A DNA stretch of 64,000 nucleotides from the human T2T-CHM13v2.0 reference genome, Homo sapiens: positions 29,632,001 through 29,696,000 of the forward strand of contig CP086569.2 of NCBI GenBank assembly GCA_009914755.4, read 5' to 3'. Shown here piece after piece: positions 42,134 to 56,369 of the stretch. The position numbers and the translations under genes were made by a program. The notes under the pieces were generated by a model, which was not told the DNA's origin, ran no database searches, and saw only the letters and a program-made list of their open reading frames with translations. Position 1 is the first letter of the stretch, and the number at the start of each line of letters is the position of its first letter.

Positions 42134-45100
42134 ATGGAATCGAACCACAAGGAATGGACAGGAATAGAATGGTCTCGAATTGAATGGAATCATATGGAAT
42201 GGCATCAAACGGAATGCAATGGACAGCCACGGAATGGAATGCACTCGAATGCAATGGAGTCGAAACTAATGGACTGAAATAGAATGGACTCGACTGGTAC
42301 GGACTCCAATGGAATGGAATCGAATGGAAGGGAATCGAACGGAATGGACTCGAAGGGAAAAGACTGCAATGGAAAGGTCTCGAATGGAATGGAAATTAAT
42401 GGAATGGAATGGAATCGAATGAAATGGAGTCAAAAGGAATGGAATCGAATGGCAAGAAATCGAATGTAATGGAATCGCAAGGAATTGATGTGAACGGAAC
42501 GGAATGGAATGGAATCCAAAGGAATGGAATAGAATGGAATGGAATCGAATGGAAAGGACTCGAATGGAAATCACTCGAATAGAATGCAATTTAATAAAAT
42601 AGGATCAAATGTAATGGAATGGAATGGAAAGGAATCGAAACGAAAGGAATGGAGACAGATGGAATGGAATGGAACAGAGAACAATGGTATAGAATGGAAT
42701 GGAATCATCTGGAATGGAATTGAATGGAATGGAATAATATGAAATGGAATGGAATGGAATGGAATGGAATGCCCTTGAATTAAATGGACTGGAATGGAAT
42801 GGACTCGAACAGAGTGGAATGGAAAGTGTTGAGATAGAATGGAATGGACTCCTTTGGAATGGTGTAGTATGCAATGCAATCGACAGGCAGGGAATCAAAA
42901 GAAATGTAATCGAATGGATTGGACTGGAATGCAATGGACTCGAATAGATTGGAAACGGAATGCAAAGGAATGGAATGGAATAGTATGGAATGGAATGGAA
43001 AGGAATGGAGTGGAATAGACTAGAGTGGAATGGAATGGACTGGAAAGCAATGGACTGGAATGGAACTTTCTTGAATGGACTGGAATCAAACGGAATGGAA
43101 TGCAATGCAATCAAATGGCATGGAATAAAATAGAATGAAAGAGAATCAAATGGAATTGAATCGAATGGAATCGAATGGATTGGAAAGGAATAGAATGGAA
43201 TGGAATGGAATGGACTAGAATGGAATGGATTCGAATGGAAGGCAAAGGAATGGAATCTATTGGAATGGACTGTAATGGAATGGAATGGAAGGGATTGGAA
43301 TGGACTCGAATGGAATGGACTGCAATAGAAAGGATTCGAATGGAATGAGAAAGAATTGAATGGAATAGAACAGAATGGAATCAAATCGAATGAAATGGAA
43401 TGGAATAGAAAGGAATGGAATGAAATGGAATGGAAAGGATTCGAATGGAATGCAATCGAATGGAATGGAATCGAACGGAATGGAATAAAATGGAAGAAAA
43501 CTGGCAAGAAATGGAATCGAAATGAATGGAGTGTTATGGAACGGACTCAAAAGGAATTGAATGTAATAGAATGGAGTGGAGTGGACTCGAATATAATGGA
43601 CTGGAATGGAATGAAATCACATGGAATGGGAACGAATGGAATGGAATGGAAAGGAATGGAATCGAATGGAAAGGAATCGAATGGAAGGGAATGAAATTGA
43701 ATCAACAGGAATGGAAGGGAATAGAATAGAGGGTAATGGAATGGACTCGAATAGAATGGACACGAAAGCTCAAATTGAATGGACTCGAATGGAATAGAAA
43801 CGAAAGGAATGTCATCGAATGGAATTGAATCGATTGGAATGAAATCGCATAGAATGGAGTGGAATCAAATGGAATTGAATCGAAAGGAAAGGAAGCGAAT
43901 GGACTGAAATGAAATGGAATGGAATTGAATGGAAAGTAATGCAATGGAATAGAATGGAACGAAATTTCACGGAATGGAATCAAACTGAATGGAATCAAAT
44001 CAATGGAATCAAATCAAATGGAATGGAAAGGAATTGAATGGAGTAGATTGGATTGGATGGGATTGGAATGAAATGTACTGGAAAGGACTCGAATTTCATG
44101 AAACGGAATGGAATGAATTGGAACGGAATGGACTCGAATGGAATGGAATGTCATGGAATGGCATCAAATGGAATGGCATCAAATGGAATGGAATCGAATG
44201 CAATGGAATGCTATGGAATGGAATGGAATGCATTGGAATGGAATGTCCTCTAATGGAATGGATTCGAGTGGAATGGAATCGAATATAATGGAGTCGAATG
44301 AAATGGAATTGAAAGGAATGGGATCGAATACAATGGAATATACTGGAATGTAATGTAATGAACTCGAATGTAATTGACTGGAATGGAATGTATATGAATG
44401 GAATGTAATCGAATGGAAAGTAATCCAATGGAAGAGAATCTAATGCAATAAAATCGACTCAGATAGAGTAGAATGTAATGGAATGGAGTGCAGTGCAATG
44501 GAATGGAATGGAATGGAATGCAATTGAATGGAATGGAATGGAATGGAATGGAATGGAATGGAATGGAATGGAATGGGATGGAATGGTATGGAATGGATAG
44601 TAATGGACTGGAGTGAAATGGACTGGAAAGGAATGGACTCAAATTGAAAGGGCTCGAAAGGAATGGAGTCAAATGGAATGGTCTGGAATGGAATGAACAC
44701 GAATGTAATGCAATCCAATAGAATGGAATCGAATGGCATGGAATATAAAGAAATGGAATGGAAGAGAATGGAAACAAATGGAATGGAATTGAATGGAATG
44801 GAATTGAATGGAATGGGAACGAATGGAGTGAAATTGTATGCAGTAGAAGGGAATAGAATGGAATGCAAGCGAAAGGAAAGGAATGGATTGGAATGGAATG
44901 GAATTCATTGGAATGGAAGGGAATGTATTGTAATGGACAGGCCTGGAATAAAGTGGAATGCTACGGTCTCGAATGGAATAAAAATATATGGAATGGAATG
45001 CAATGAAACGGAATCGAATGTCATAGAATGTAATGGAATGCAAAAAAATGGAATCCAAAATCATTGACTGGAAAGGCTGGGTGTCGAAAGGAATTGACTC

Positions 45101-45692
45101 CAATGGAATGGAATCGAATGGAATGGAAGTGAATAGAATCGAACTAAATCGAATGGAATGGAATTGATAGGAACGGAATGGAAAGGAATGCAATGATTTG
45201 GCATGGATTGGAATCGATTGGCATCGAATGGAATGGAATGGAATGCAATGGAATGGAATGTATTAGAATGTAATGAACTTTAATGGAATGTACTCGAATG
45301 GATTCGACTGGAATGGAATGTTCTGGAAGTGAATGGACTCCAATGGAATGGATTCAAAAGGAATGGAATCGTACGGAATGGAATCTAATGGAATGGAATT
45401 AAATGGAAATGAATCAAATTGAGTAGCACGGAATTGAATTGAATGGAATCGAATGCAATGGAATCTAATGAAACGGAAAGGAAAGGAATGGAATGGAATG
45501 GAATGGGCTGGAATGGAAAGGAATCGAAACGAATGGAATGGAATCGAACTGAAGAGACTGGAATGGAATGCACTGGAATGGAAGGGAGTGTAATGGAAGG
45601 TTCTCGAAAAAAATGGAATCGAATGGAATGGAATTGAATGGAACGGAATAGAGTCGAATGGAATTGAATGGAATGGAATGGACTAGAGTGAA
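42134..45692 (+). repeat. HOR copy 13 (3559 bp)
   Basis: Landmark recurrence. The 15-bp deletion at ~43201 is shared with copy 16 at ~53891. Confidence 0.85.
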
Positions 45693-48600
45693 ATGGAATC
45701 GAACCACAAGGAATGGACAGGAATAGAATGGTCTCGAATTGAATGGAATCGTATGGAATGGCATCAAACGGAATGGAATGGACAGCCACGGAATGGAATG
45801 CACTCGAATGCAATGGAGTCGAAACTAATGGACTGGAATAGAATGGACTCGACTGGTACGGACTCCAATGGAATGGAATCGAATGGAAGGGAATCGAACG
45901 GAATGGACTCGAAGGGAAAAGACTGCAATGGAAAGGTCTCGAATGGAATGGAAATTAATGGAATGCAATGGAATCGAATGAAATGGAGTCAAAAGGAATG
46001 GAATCGAATGGCAAGAAATCGAATGTAATGGAATCGCAAGGAATTGATGTGAACGGAACGGAATGGAATGGAATCCAAAGGAATGGAATAGAATGGAATG
46101 GAATCGAATGGAAAGGACTCGAATGGAAATCACTCGAATAGAATGCAATTTAATAAAATAGGATCAAATGGAATGGAATGGAATGGAAAGGAATCGAAAC
46201 GAAAGGAATGGAGACAGATGGAATGGAATGGAACAGAGAGCAATGGTATAGAATGGAATGGAATCATCTGGAATGGAATTGAATGGAATGGAATAATATG
46301 AAATGGAATGGAATGGAATGGAATGGAATGGAATGGAATGCCCTTGAATTAAATGGACTGGAATGGAATGGACTCGAACAGAGTGGAATGGAAAGTGTTG
46401 AGATAGAATGGAATGGACTCGTTTGGAATGGTGCAGTATGCAATGCAATCGACTGGCAGGGAATCAAAAGGAATGTAATGGAATGGATTGGACTGGAATG
46501 CAATGGACTCGAATAGATTGGAAACGGAATGCAAAGGAATGGAATGGAATAGTATGGAATGGAATGGAAAGGAATGGAGTGGAATAGACTAGAGTGGAAT
46601 GGAATGGACTGGAAAGCAATGGACTGGAATGGAACTTTCTTGAATGGACTGGAATCAAACGGAATGGAATGCAATGCAATCAAATGGCATGGAATAAAAT
46701 AGAATGAAAGAGAATCAAATGGAATTGAATCGAATGGAATCGAATGGATTGGAAAGGAATAGAATGGAATGGAATGGAATTGACTCAAATGGAATGGACT
46801 AGAATGGAATGGATTCGAATGGAAGGCAAAGGAATGGAATCTATTGGAATGGACTGTAATGGAATGGAATGGAAGGGATTGGAATGGACTCGAATGGAAT
46901 GGACTGCAATAGAAAGGATTCGAATGGAATGAAAAAGAATTGAATGGAATAGAACAGAATGGAATCAAATCGAATGAAATGGAATGGAATAGAAAGGAAT
47001 GGAATGAAATGGAATGGAAAGGATTCGAATGGAATGCAATCGAATGGAATGGAATCGAACGGAATGGAATAAAATGGAAGAAAACTGGCAAGAAATGGAA
47101 TCGAAATGAATGGAGTGTTATGGAACGGACTCAAAAGGAATTGAATGTAATAGAATGGAGTGGAGTGGACTCGAATATAATGGACTGGAATGGAATGAAA
47201 TCACATGGAATGGGCACGAATGGAATGGAATGGAAAGGAATGGAATCGAATGGAAAGGAATCGAATGGAAGGGAATGAAATTGAATCAACAGGAATGGAA
47301 GGGAATAGAATAGACGGTAATGGAATGGACTCGAATAGAATGGACACGAATGCTCAAATTGAATGGACTCGAATGGAATGGAAACGAAAGGAATGTCATC
47401 GAATGGAATTGAATCGATTGGAATGAAATCGCATAGAATGGAGTGGAATCAAATGGAATTGAATCGAAAGGAAAGGAAGCGAATGGACTGAAATGAAATG
47501 GAATGGAATTGAATGGAAAGTAATGCAATGGAATAGAATGGAACGAAATTTCACGGAATGGAATCAAACTGAATGGAATCAAATCAATGGAATCAAATCA
47601 AATGGAATGGAAAGGAATTGAATGGAGTAGATTGGATTGGATGGGATTGGAATGAAATGTACTGGAAAGGACTCGAATTTCATGAAACGGAATGGAATGA
47701 ATTGGAACGGAATGGACTCGAATGGAATGGAATGTCATGGAATGGCATCAAATGGAATGGCATCAAATGGAATGGAATCGAATGCAATGGAATGTTATGG
47801 AATGGAATGGAATGCATTGGAATGGAATGTCCTGTAATGGAATGGATTCGAGTGGAATGGAATCGAATATAATGGAGTCGAATGAAATGGAATTGAAAGG
47901 AATGGGATCGAATACAATGGAATATACTGGAATGTAATGTAATGAACTCGAATGTAATTGACTGGAATGGAATGTACATGAATGGAATGTAATCGAATGG
48001 AAAGTAATCCAATGGAATAGAATCTAATGCAATAAAACCGACTCAGATAGAGTAGAATGTAATGGAATGGAGTGCAGTGCAATGGAATGGAATGGAATGG
48101 AATGCAATGGAATGGAATGGAATGGAATGGAATGGAATGGAATGGGATGGAATGGGATGGAATGGATAGTAATGGACTGGAGTGAAATGGACTGGAAAGG
48201 AATGGACTCAAATTGAAAGGGCTCGAAAGGAATGGAGTCAAATGGAATGGTCTGGAATGGAATGAACACGAATGTAATGCAATCCAATAGAATGGAATCG
48301 AATGGCATGGAATATAAAGAAATGGAATCGAAGAGAATGGAAACAAATGGAATGGAATTGAATGGAATGGAATTGAATGGAATGGGAACGAATGGAGTGA
48401 AATTTTATGCAGTAGAAGGGAATAGAATGGAATGCAAGCGAAAGGAAAGGAATGGATTGGAATGGAATGGAATTCATTGGAATGGAAGGGAATGTAGTGT
48501 AATGGACAGGCCTGGAATAAAGTGGAATGCTACGGTCTCGAATGGAATAAAAATGTATGGAATGGAATGCAATGAAACGGAATCGAATGTCATAGAATGT

Positions 48601-49261
48601 AATGGAATGCAAAAAAATGGAATCCAAAATCATTGACTGGAAAGGCTGGGTGTCGAAAGGAATTGACTCCAATGGAATGGAATCGAATGGAATGGAAGTG
48701 AATAGAATCGAACTAAATCGAATGGAATGGAATTGATAGGAACGGAATGGAAAGGAATGCAATGATTTGGCATGGAATGGAATCGAATGGCATCGAATGG
48801 AATGGAATGGAATGCAATGGAATGGAATGTATTAGAATGTAATGAACTTTAATGGAATGTACTCGAATGGATTCGACTGGAATGGAATGTTCTGGAAGTG
48901 AATGGACTCCAATGGAATGGATTCAAAAGGAATGGAATCGTACGGAATGGAATCTAATGGAATGGAATTAAATGGAAGTGAATCAAATTGAATAGCACGG
49001 AATTGAATTGAATGGAATGGAATGCAATGGAATCTAATGAAACGGAAAGGAAAGGAATGGAATGGAATGGAATGGGCTGGAATGGAAAGGAATCGAAACG
49101 AATGGAATGGAATCGAACTGAAGAGACTGGAATGGAATGCACTGGAATGGAAGGGAGTGTAATGGAAGGTTCTCGAAAAAAATGGAATCGAATGGAATGG
49201 AATTGAATGGAACGGAATAGAGTCGAATGGAATTGAATGGAATGGAATGGACTAGAGTGAA
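45693..49261 (+). repeat. HOR copy 14 (3569 bp)
   Basis: Landmark recurrence. The expanded GGAAT run at 46305-46340 is shared with copy 18. Confidence 0.85.
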
Positions 49262-52200
49262 ATGGAATCGAACCACAAGGAATGGACAGGAATAGAATGG
49301 TCTCGAATTGAATGGAATCGTATGGAATGGCATCAAACGGAATGGAATGGACAGCCACGGAATGGAATGCACTCGAATGCAATGGAGTCGAAACTAATGG
49401 ACTGGAATAGAATGGACTCGACTGGTACGGACTCCAATGGAATGGAATCGAATGGAAGGGAATCGAACGGAATGGACTCGAAGGGAAAAGACTGCAATGG
49501 AAAGGTCTCGAATGGAATGGAAATTAATGGAATGGAATGGAATCGAATGAAATGGAGTCAAAAGGAATGGAATCGAATGGCAAGAAATCGAATGTAATGG
49601 AATCGCAAGGAATTGATGTGAACGGAACGGAATGGAATGGAATCCAAAGGAATGGAATAGAATGGAATGGAATCGAATGGAAAGGACTCGAATGGAAATC
49701 ACTCGAATAGAATGCAATTTAATAAAATAGGATCAAATGTAATGGAATGGAATGGAAAGGAATCGAAACGAAAGGAATGGAGACAGATGGAATGGAATGG
49801 AACAGAGAGCAATGGTATAGAATGGAATGGAATCATCTGGAATGGAATTGAATGGAATGGAATAATATGAAATGGAATGGAATGGAATGGAATGGAATGC
49901 CCTTGAATTAAATGGACTGGAATGGAATGGACTCGAACAGAGTGGAATGGAAAGTGTTGAGATAGAATGGAATGGACTCCTTTGGAATGGTGTAGTATGC
50001 AATGCAATCGACTGGCAGGGAATCAAAAGGAATGTAATCGAATGGATTGGACTGGAATGCAATGGACTCGAATAGATTGGAAACGGAATGCAAAGGAATG
50101 GAATGGAATAGTATGGAATGGAATGGAAAGGAATGGAGTGGAATAGACTAGAGTGGAATGGAATGGACTGGAAAGCAATGGACTGGAATGGAACTTTCTT
50201 GAATGGACTGGAATCAAACGGAATGGAATGCAATGCAATCAAATGGCATGGAATAAAATAGAATGAAAGAGAATCAAATGGAATTGAATCGAATGGAATC
50301 GAATGGATTGGAAAGGAATAGAATGGAATGGAATGGAATTGACTGAAATGGAATGGACTAGAATGGAATGGATTCGAATGGAAGGCAAAGGAATGGAATC
50401 TATTGGAATGGACTGTAATGGAATGGAATGGAAGGGATTGGAATGGACTCGAATGGAATGGACTGCAATAGAAAGGATTCGAATGGAATGAAAAAGAATT
50501 GAATGGAATAGAACAGAATGGAATCAAATCGAATGAAATGGAATGGAATAGAAAGGAATGGAATGAAATGGAATGGAAAGGATTCGAATGGAATGCAATC
50601 GAATGGAATGGAATCGAACGGAATGGAATAAAATGGAAGAAAACTGGCAAGAAATGGAATCGAAATGAATGGAGTGTTATGGAACGGACTCAAAAGGAAT
50701 TGAATGTAATAGAATGGAGTGGAGTGGACTCGAATATAATGGACTGGAATGGAATGAAATCACATGGAATGGGAACGAATGGAATGGAATGGAAAGGAAT
50801 GGAATCGAATGGAAAGGAATCGAATGGAAGGGAATGAAATTGAATCAACAGGAATGGAAGGGAATAGAATAGACGGTAATGGAACGGACTCGAATAGAAT
50901 GGACACGAATGCTCAAATTGAATGGACTCGAATGGAATGGAAACGAAAGGAATGTCATCGAATGGAATTGAATCGATTGGAATGAAATCGCATAGAATGG
51001 AGTGGAATCAAATGGAATTGAATCGAAAGGAAAGGAAGCGAATGGACTGAAATGAAATGGAATGGAATTGAATGGAAAGTAATGCAATGGAATAGAATGG
51101 AACGAAATTTCACGGAATGGAATCAAACTGAATGGAATCAAATCAATGGAATCTAATCAAATGGAATGGAAAGGAATTGAATGGAGTAGATTGGATTGGA
51201 TGGGATTGGAATGAAATGTATTGGAAAGGACTCGAATTTCATGAAACGGAATGGAATGAATTGGAACGGAATGGACTCGAATGCAATGGAATGTAATGGA
51301 ATGGCATCAAATGGAATGGCATCAAATGGAATGGAATCGAATGCAATGGAATGTTATGGAATGGAATGGAATGCATTGGAATGGAATGTCCTCTAATGGA
51401 ATGGATTCCAGTGGAATGGAATCGAATATAATGGAGTCGAATGAAATGGAATTGAAAGGAATGGGATCGAATACAATGGAATATACTGGAATGTAATGCA
51501 ATGAACTCGAATGTAATTGACTGGAATGGAATGTACATGAATGGAAGGTAATCGAATGGAAAGTAATTCAATGGAATAGAATCTAATGCAATAAAACCGA
51601 CTCAGATAGAGTAGAATGTAATGGAATGGAGTGCAGTGCAATGGAATGGAATGGAATGGAATGCAATGGAATGGAATGGAATGGAATGGAATGGAATGGA
51701 ATGGAATGGGATGGAATGGTATGGAATGGATAGTAATGGACTGGAGTGAAATGGACTGGAAAGGAATGGACTCAAATTGAAAGGGCTCGAAAGGAATGGA
51801 GTCAAATGTAATGGTCTGGAATGTAATGAACACGAATGTAATGCAATCCAATAGAATGGAATCGAATGGCATGGAATATAAAGAAATGGAATCGAAGAGA
51901 ATGGAAACAAATGGAATGGAATTGAATGGAATGGAATTGAATGGAATGGGAACGAATGGAGTGAAATTGTATGCAGTAGAAGGGAATAGAATGGAATGCA
52001 AGCGAAAGGAAAGGAATGGATTGGAATGGAATGGAATTCATTGGAATGGAAGGGAATGTAGTGTAATGGACAGGCCTGGAATAAAGTGGAATGCTACGGT
52101 CTCGAATGGAATAAAAATGTATGGAATGGAATGCAATGAAACGGACTCGAATGTCATAGAATGTAATGGAATGCAAAAAAATGGAATCCAAAATCATTGA

Positions 52201-52825
52201 CTGCAAAGGCTGGGTGTCGAAAGGAATTGACTCCAATGGAATGGAATCGAATGGAATGGAAGTGAATAGAATCGAACTAAATCGAATGGAATGGAATTGA
52301 TAGGAACGGAATGGAAAGGAATGCAATGATTTGGCATGGAATGGAATCGAATGGCATCGAATGGAATGGAATGGAATGCAATGGAATGGAATGTATTAGA
52401 ATGTAATGAACTTTAATGGAATGTACTCGAATGGATTCGACTGGAATGGAATGTTCTGGAAGTGAATGGACTCCAATGGAATGGATTCAAAAGGAATGGA
52501 ATCGTGCGGAATGGAATCTAATGGAATGGAATTAAATGGAAATGAATCAAATTGAATAGCACGGAATTGAATTGAATGGAATCGAATGCAATGGAATCTA
52601 ATGAAACGGAAAGGAAAGGAATGGAATGGAATGGAATGGGCTGGAATGGAAAGGAATCGAAACGAATGGAATGGAATCGAACTGAAGAGACTGGAATGGA
52701 ATGCACTGGAATGGAAGGGAGTGTAATGGAAGGTTCTCGAAAAAAATGGAATCGAATGGAATGGAATTGAATGGAACGGAATAGAGTCGAATGGATTTGA
52801 ATGTTATGGAATGGACTAGAGTGAA
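49262..52825 (+). repeat. HOR copy 15 (3564 bp)
   Basis: Landmark recurrence at 49262 and 52826. Confidence 0.85.
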
Positions 52826-55800
52826 ATGGAATCGAACCACAAGGAATGGACAGGAATAGAATGGTCTCGAATTGAATGGAATCGTATGGAATGGCATCAA
52901 ACGGAATGGAATGGACAGCCACGGAATGGAATGCACTCGAATGCAATGGAGTCGAAACTTATGGACTGGAATAGAATGGACTCGACTGGTACGGACTCCA
53001 ATGGAATGGAATCGAATGGAAGGGATTCGAACGGAATGGACTCGAAGGGAAAAGACTGCAATGGAAAGGTCTCGAATGGAATGGAAATTAATGGAATGGA
53101 ATGGAATCGAATGAAATGGAGTCAAAAGGAATGGAATCGAATGGCAAGAAATCGAATGTAATGGAATCGCAAGGAATTGATGTGAACGGAACGGAATGGA
53201 ATGGAATCCAAAGGAATGGAATAGAATGGAATGGAATCGAATGGAAAGGACTCGAATGGAAATCACTCGAATAGAATGCAATTTAATAAAATAGGATCAA
53301 ATGGAATGGAATGGAATGGAAAGGAATCGAAACGAAAGGAATGGAGACAGATGGAATGGAATGGAACAGAGAACAATGGTATAGAATGGAATGGAATCAT
53401 CTGGAATGGAATTGAATGGAATGGAATAATATGAAATGGAATGGAATGGAATGGAATGGAATGCCCTTGAATTAAATGGACTGGAATGGAATGGACTCGA
53501 ACAGAGTGGAATGGAAAGTGTTGAGATAGAATGGAATGGACTCCTTTGGAATGGTGTAGTATGCAATGCAATCGACAGGCAGGGAATCAAAAGAAATGTA
53601 ATCGAATGGATTGGACTGGAATGCAATGGACTCGAATAGATTGGAAACGGAATGCAAAGGAATGGAATGGAATAGTATGGAATGGAATGGAAAGGAATGG
53701 AGTGGAATAGACTAGAGTGGAATGGAATGGACTGGAAAGCAATGGACTGGAATGGAACTTTCTTGAATGGACTGGAATCAAACGGAATGGAATGCAATGC
53801 AATCAAATGGCATGGAATAAAATAGAATGAAAGAGAATCAAATGGAATTGAATCGAATGGAATCGAATGGATTGGAAAGGAATAGAATGGAATGGAATGG
53901 AATGGACTAGAATGGAATGGATTCGAATGGAAGGCAAAGGAATGGAATCTATTGGAATGGACTGTAATGGAATGGAATGGAAGGGATTGGAATGGACTCG
54001 AATGGAATGGACTGCAATGGAAAGGATTCGAATGGAATGAAAAAGAATTGAATGGAATAGAACAGAATGGAATCAAATCGAATGAAATGGAATGGAATAG
54101 AAAGGAATGGAATGAAATGGAATGGAAAGGATTCGAATGGAATGCAATCGAATGGAATGGAATCGAACGGAATGGAATAAAATGGAAGAAAACTGGCAAG
54201 AAATGGAATCGAAATGAATGGAGTGTTATGGAACGGACTCCAAAGGAATTGAATGTAATAGAATGGAGTGGAGTGGACTCGAATATAATGGACTGGAATG
54301 GAATGAAATCACATGGAATGGGAACGAATGGAATGGAATGGAAAGGAATGGAATCGAATGGAAAGGAATCGAATGGAAGGGAATGAAATTGAATCAACAG
54401 GAATGGAAGGGAATAGAATAGACGGTAATGGAATGGACTCGAATAGAATGGACACGAAAGCTCAAATTGAATGGACTCGAATGGAATGGAAACGAAAGGA
54501 ATGTCATCGAATGGAATTGAATCGATTGGAATGAAATCGCATAGAATGGAGTGGAATCAAATGGAATTGAATCGAAAGGAAAGGAAGCGAATGGACTGAA
54601 ATGAAATGCAATGGAATTGAATGGAAAGTAATGCAATGGAATAGAAAGGAACGAAATTTCACGGAATGGAATGAAACTGAATGGAATCAAATCAATGGAA
54701 TCAAATCAAATGGAATGGAAAGGAATTGAATGGAGTAGATTGGATTGGATGGGATTGGAATGAAATGTACTGGAAAGGACTCGAATTTCATGAAACGGAA
54801 TGGAATGAATTGGAACGGAATGGACTCGAATGGAATGGAATGTCATGGAATGGCATCAAATGGAATGGCATCAAATGGAATGGAATCGAATGCAATGGAA
54901 TGCTATGGAATGGAATGGAATGCATTGGAATGGAATGTCCTCTAATGGAATGGATTCGAGTGGAATGGAATCGAATATAATGGAGTCGAATGAAATGGAA
55001 TTGAAAAGAATGGGATCGAATACAATGGAATATACTGGAATGTAATGAACTCGAATGTAATTGACTGGAAAGGAATGTATATGAATGGAATGTAATCGAA
55101 TGGAAAGTAATCCAATGGAAGAGAATCTAATGCAATAAAATCGACTCAGATAGAGTAGAATGTAATGGAATGGAGTGCAGTGCAATGGAATGGAATGGAA
55201 TGGAATGCAATTGAATGGAATGGAATGGAATGGAATGGAATGGAATGGAATGGGATGGAATGGTATGGAATGGATAGTAATGGACTGGAGTGAAATGGAC
55301 TGGAAAGGAATGGACTCAAATTGAAAGGGCTCGAAAGGAATGGAGTCAAATGGAATGGTCTGGAATGGAATGAACACGAATGTAATGCAATCCAATAGAA
55401 TGGAATCGAATGGCATGGAATATAAAGAAATGGAATGGAAGAGAATGGAAACAAATGGAATGGAATTGAATGGAATGGAATTGAATGGAATGGGAACGAA
55501 TGGAGTGAAATTGTATGCAGTAGAAGGGAATAGAATGGAATGCAAGCGAAAGGAAAGGAATGGATTGGAATGGAATGGAATTCATTGGAATGGAAGGGAA
55601 TGTAGTGTAATGGACAGGCCTGGAATAAAGTGGAATGCTACGGTCTCGAATGGAATAAAAATGTAAGGAATGGAATGCAGTGAAACGGAATCGAATGTCA
55701 TAGAATATAATGGAATGCAAAAAAATGGAATCCAAAATCATTGACTGGAAAGGCTGGGTGTCGAAAGGAATTGACTCCAATGGAATGGAATCGAATGGAA

Positions 55801-56369
55801 TGGAAGTGAATAGAATCGAACTAAATCGAATGGAATGGAATTGATAGGAACGGAATGGAAAGGAATGCAATGATTTGGCATGGAATGGAATCGAATGGCA
55901 TCGAATGGAATGGAATGGAATGCAATGGAATGGAATGTATTAGAATGTAATGAACTTTAATGGAATGTACTCGAATGGATTCGACTGGAATGGAATGTTC
56001 TGGAAGTGAATGGACTCCAATGAAATGGATTCCAAAGGAATGGAATCGTACGGAATGGAATCTAATGGAATGGAATTAAATGGAAATGAATCAAATTGAG
56101 TAGCACGGAATTGAATTGAATGGAATCGAATGCAATGGAATCTAATGAAACGGAAAGGAAAGGAATGGAATGGAATGGAATGGGCTGGAATGGAAAGGAA
56201 TCGAAACGAATGGAATGGAATCGAACTGAAGAGACTGGAATGGAATGCACTGGAATGGAAGGGAGTGTAATGGAAGGTTCTCGAAAAAAATGGAATCGAA
56301 TGGAATGGAATTGAATGGAACGGAATAGAGTCGAATGGAATTGAATGGAATGGAATGGACTAGAGTGAA
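52826..56369 (+). repeat. HOR copy 16 (3544 bp)
   Basis: Landmark recurrence. It shares aaacttatgg (~52960) and gggattcgaacgg (~53024) with copy 11. Confidence 0.85.
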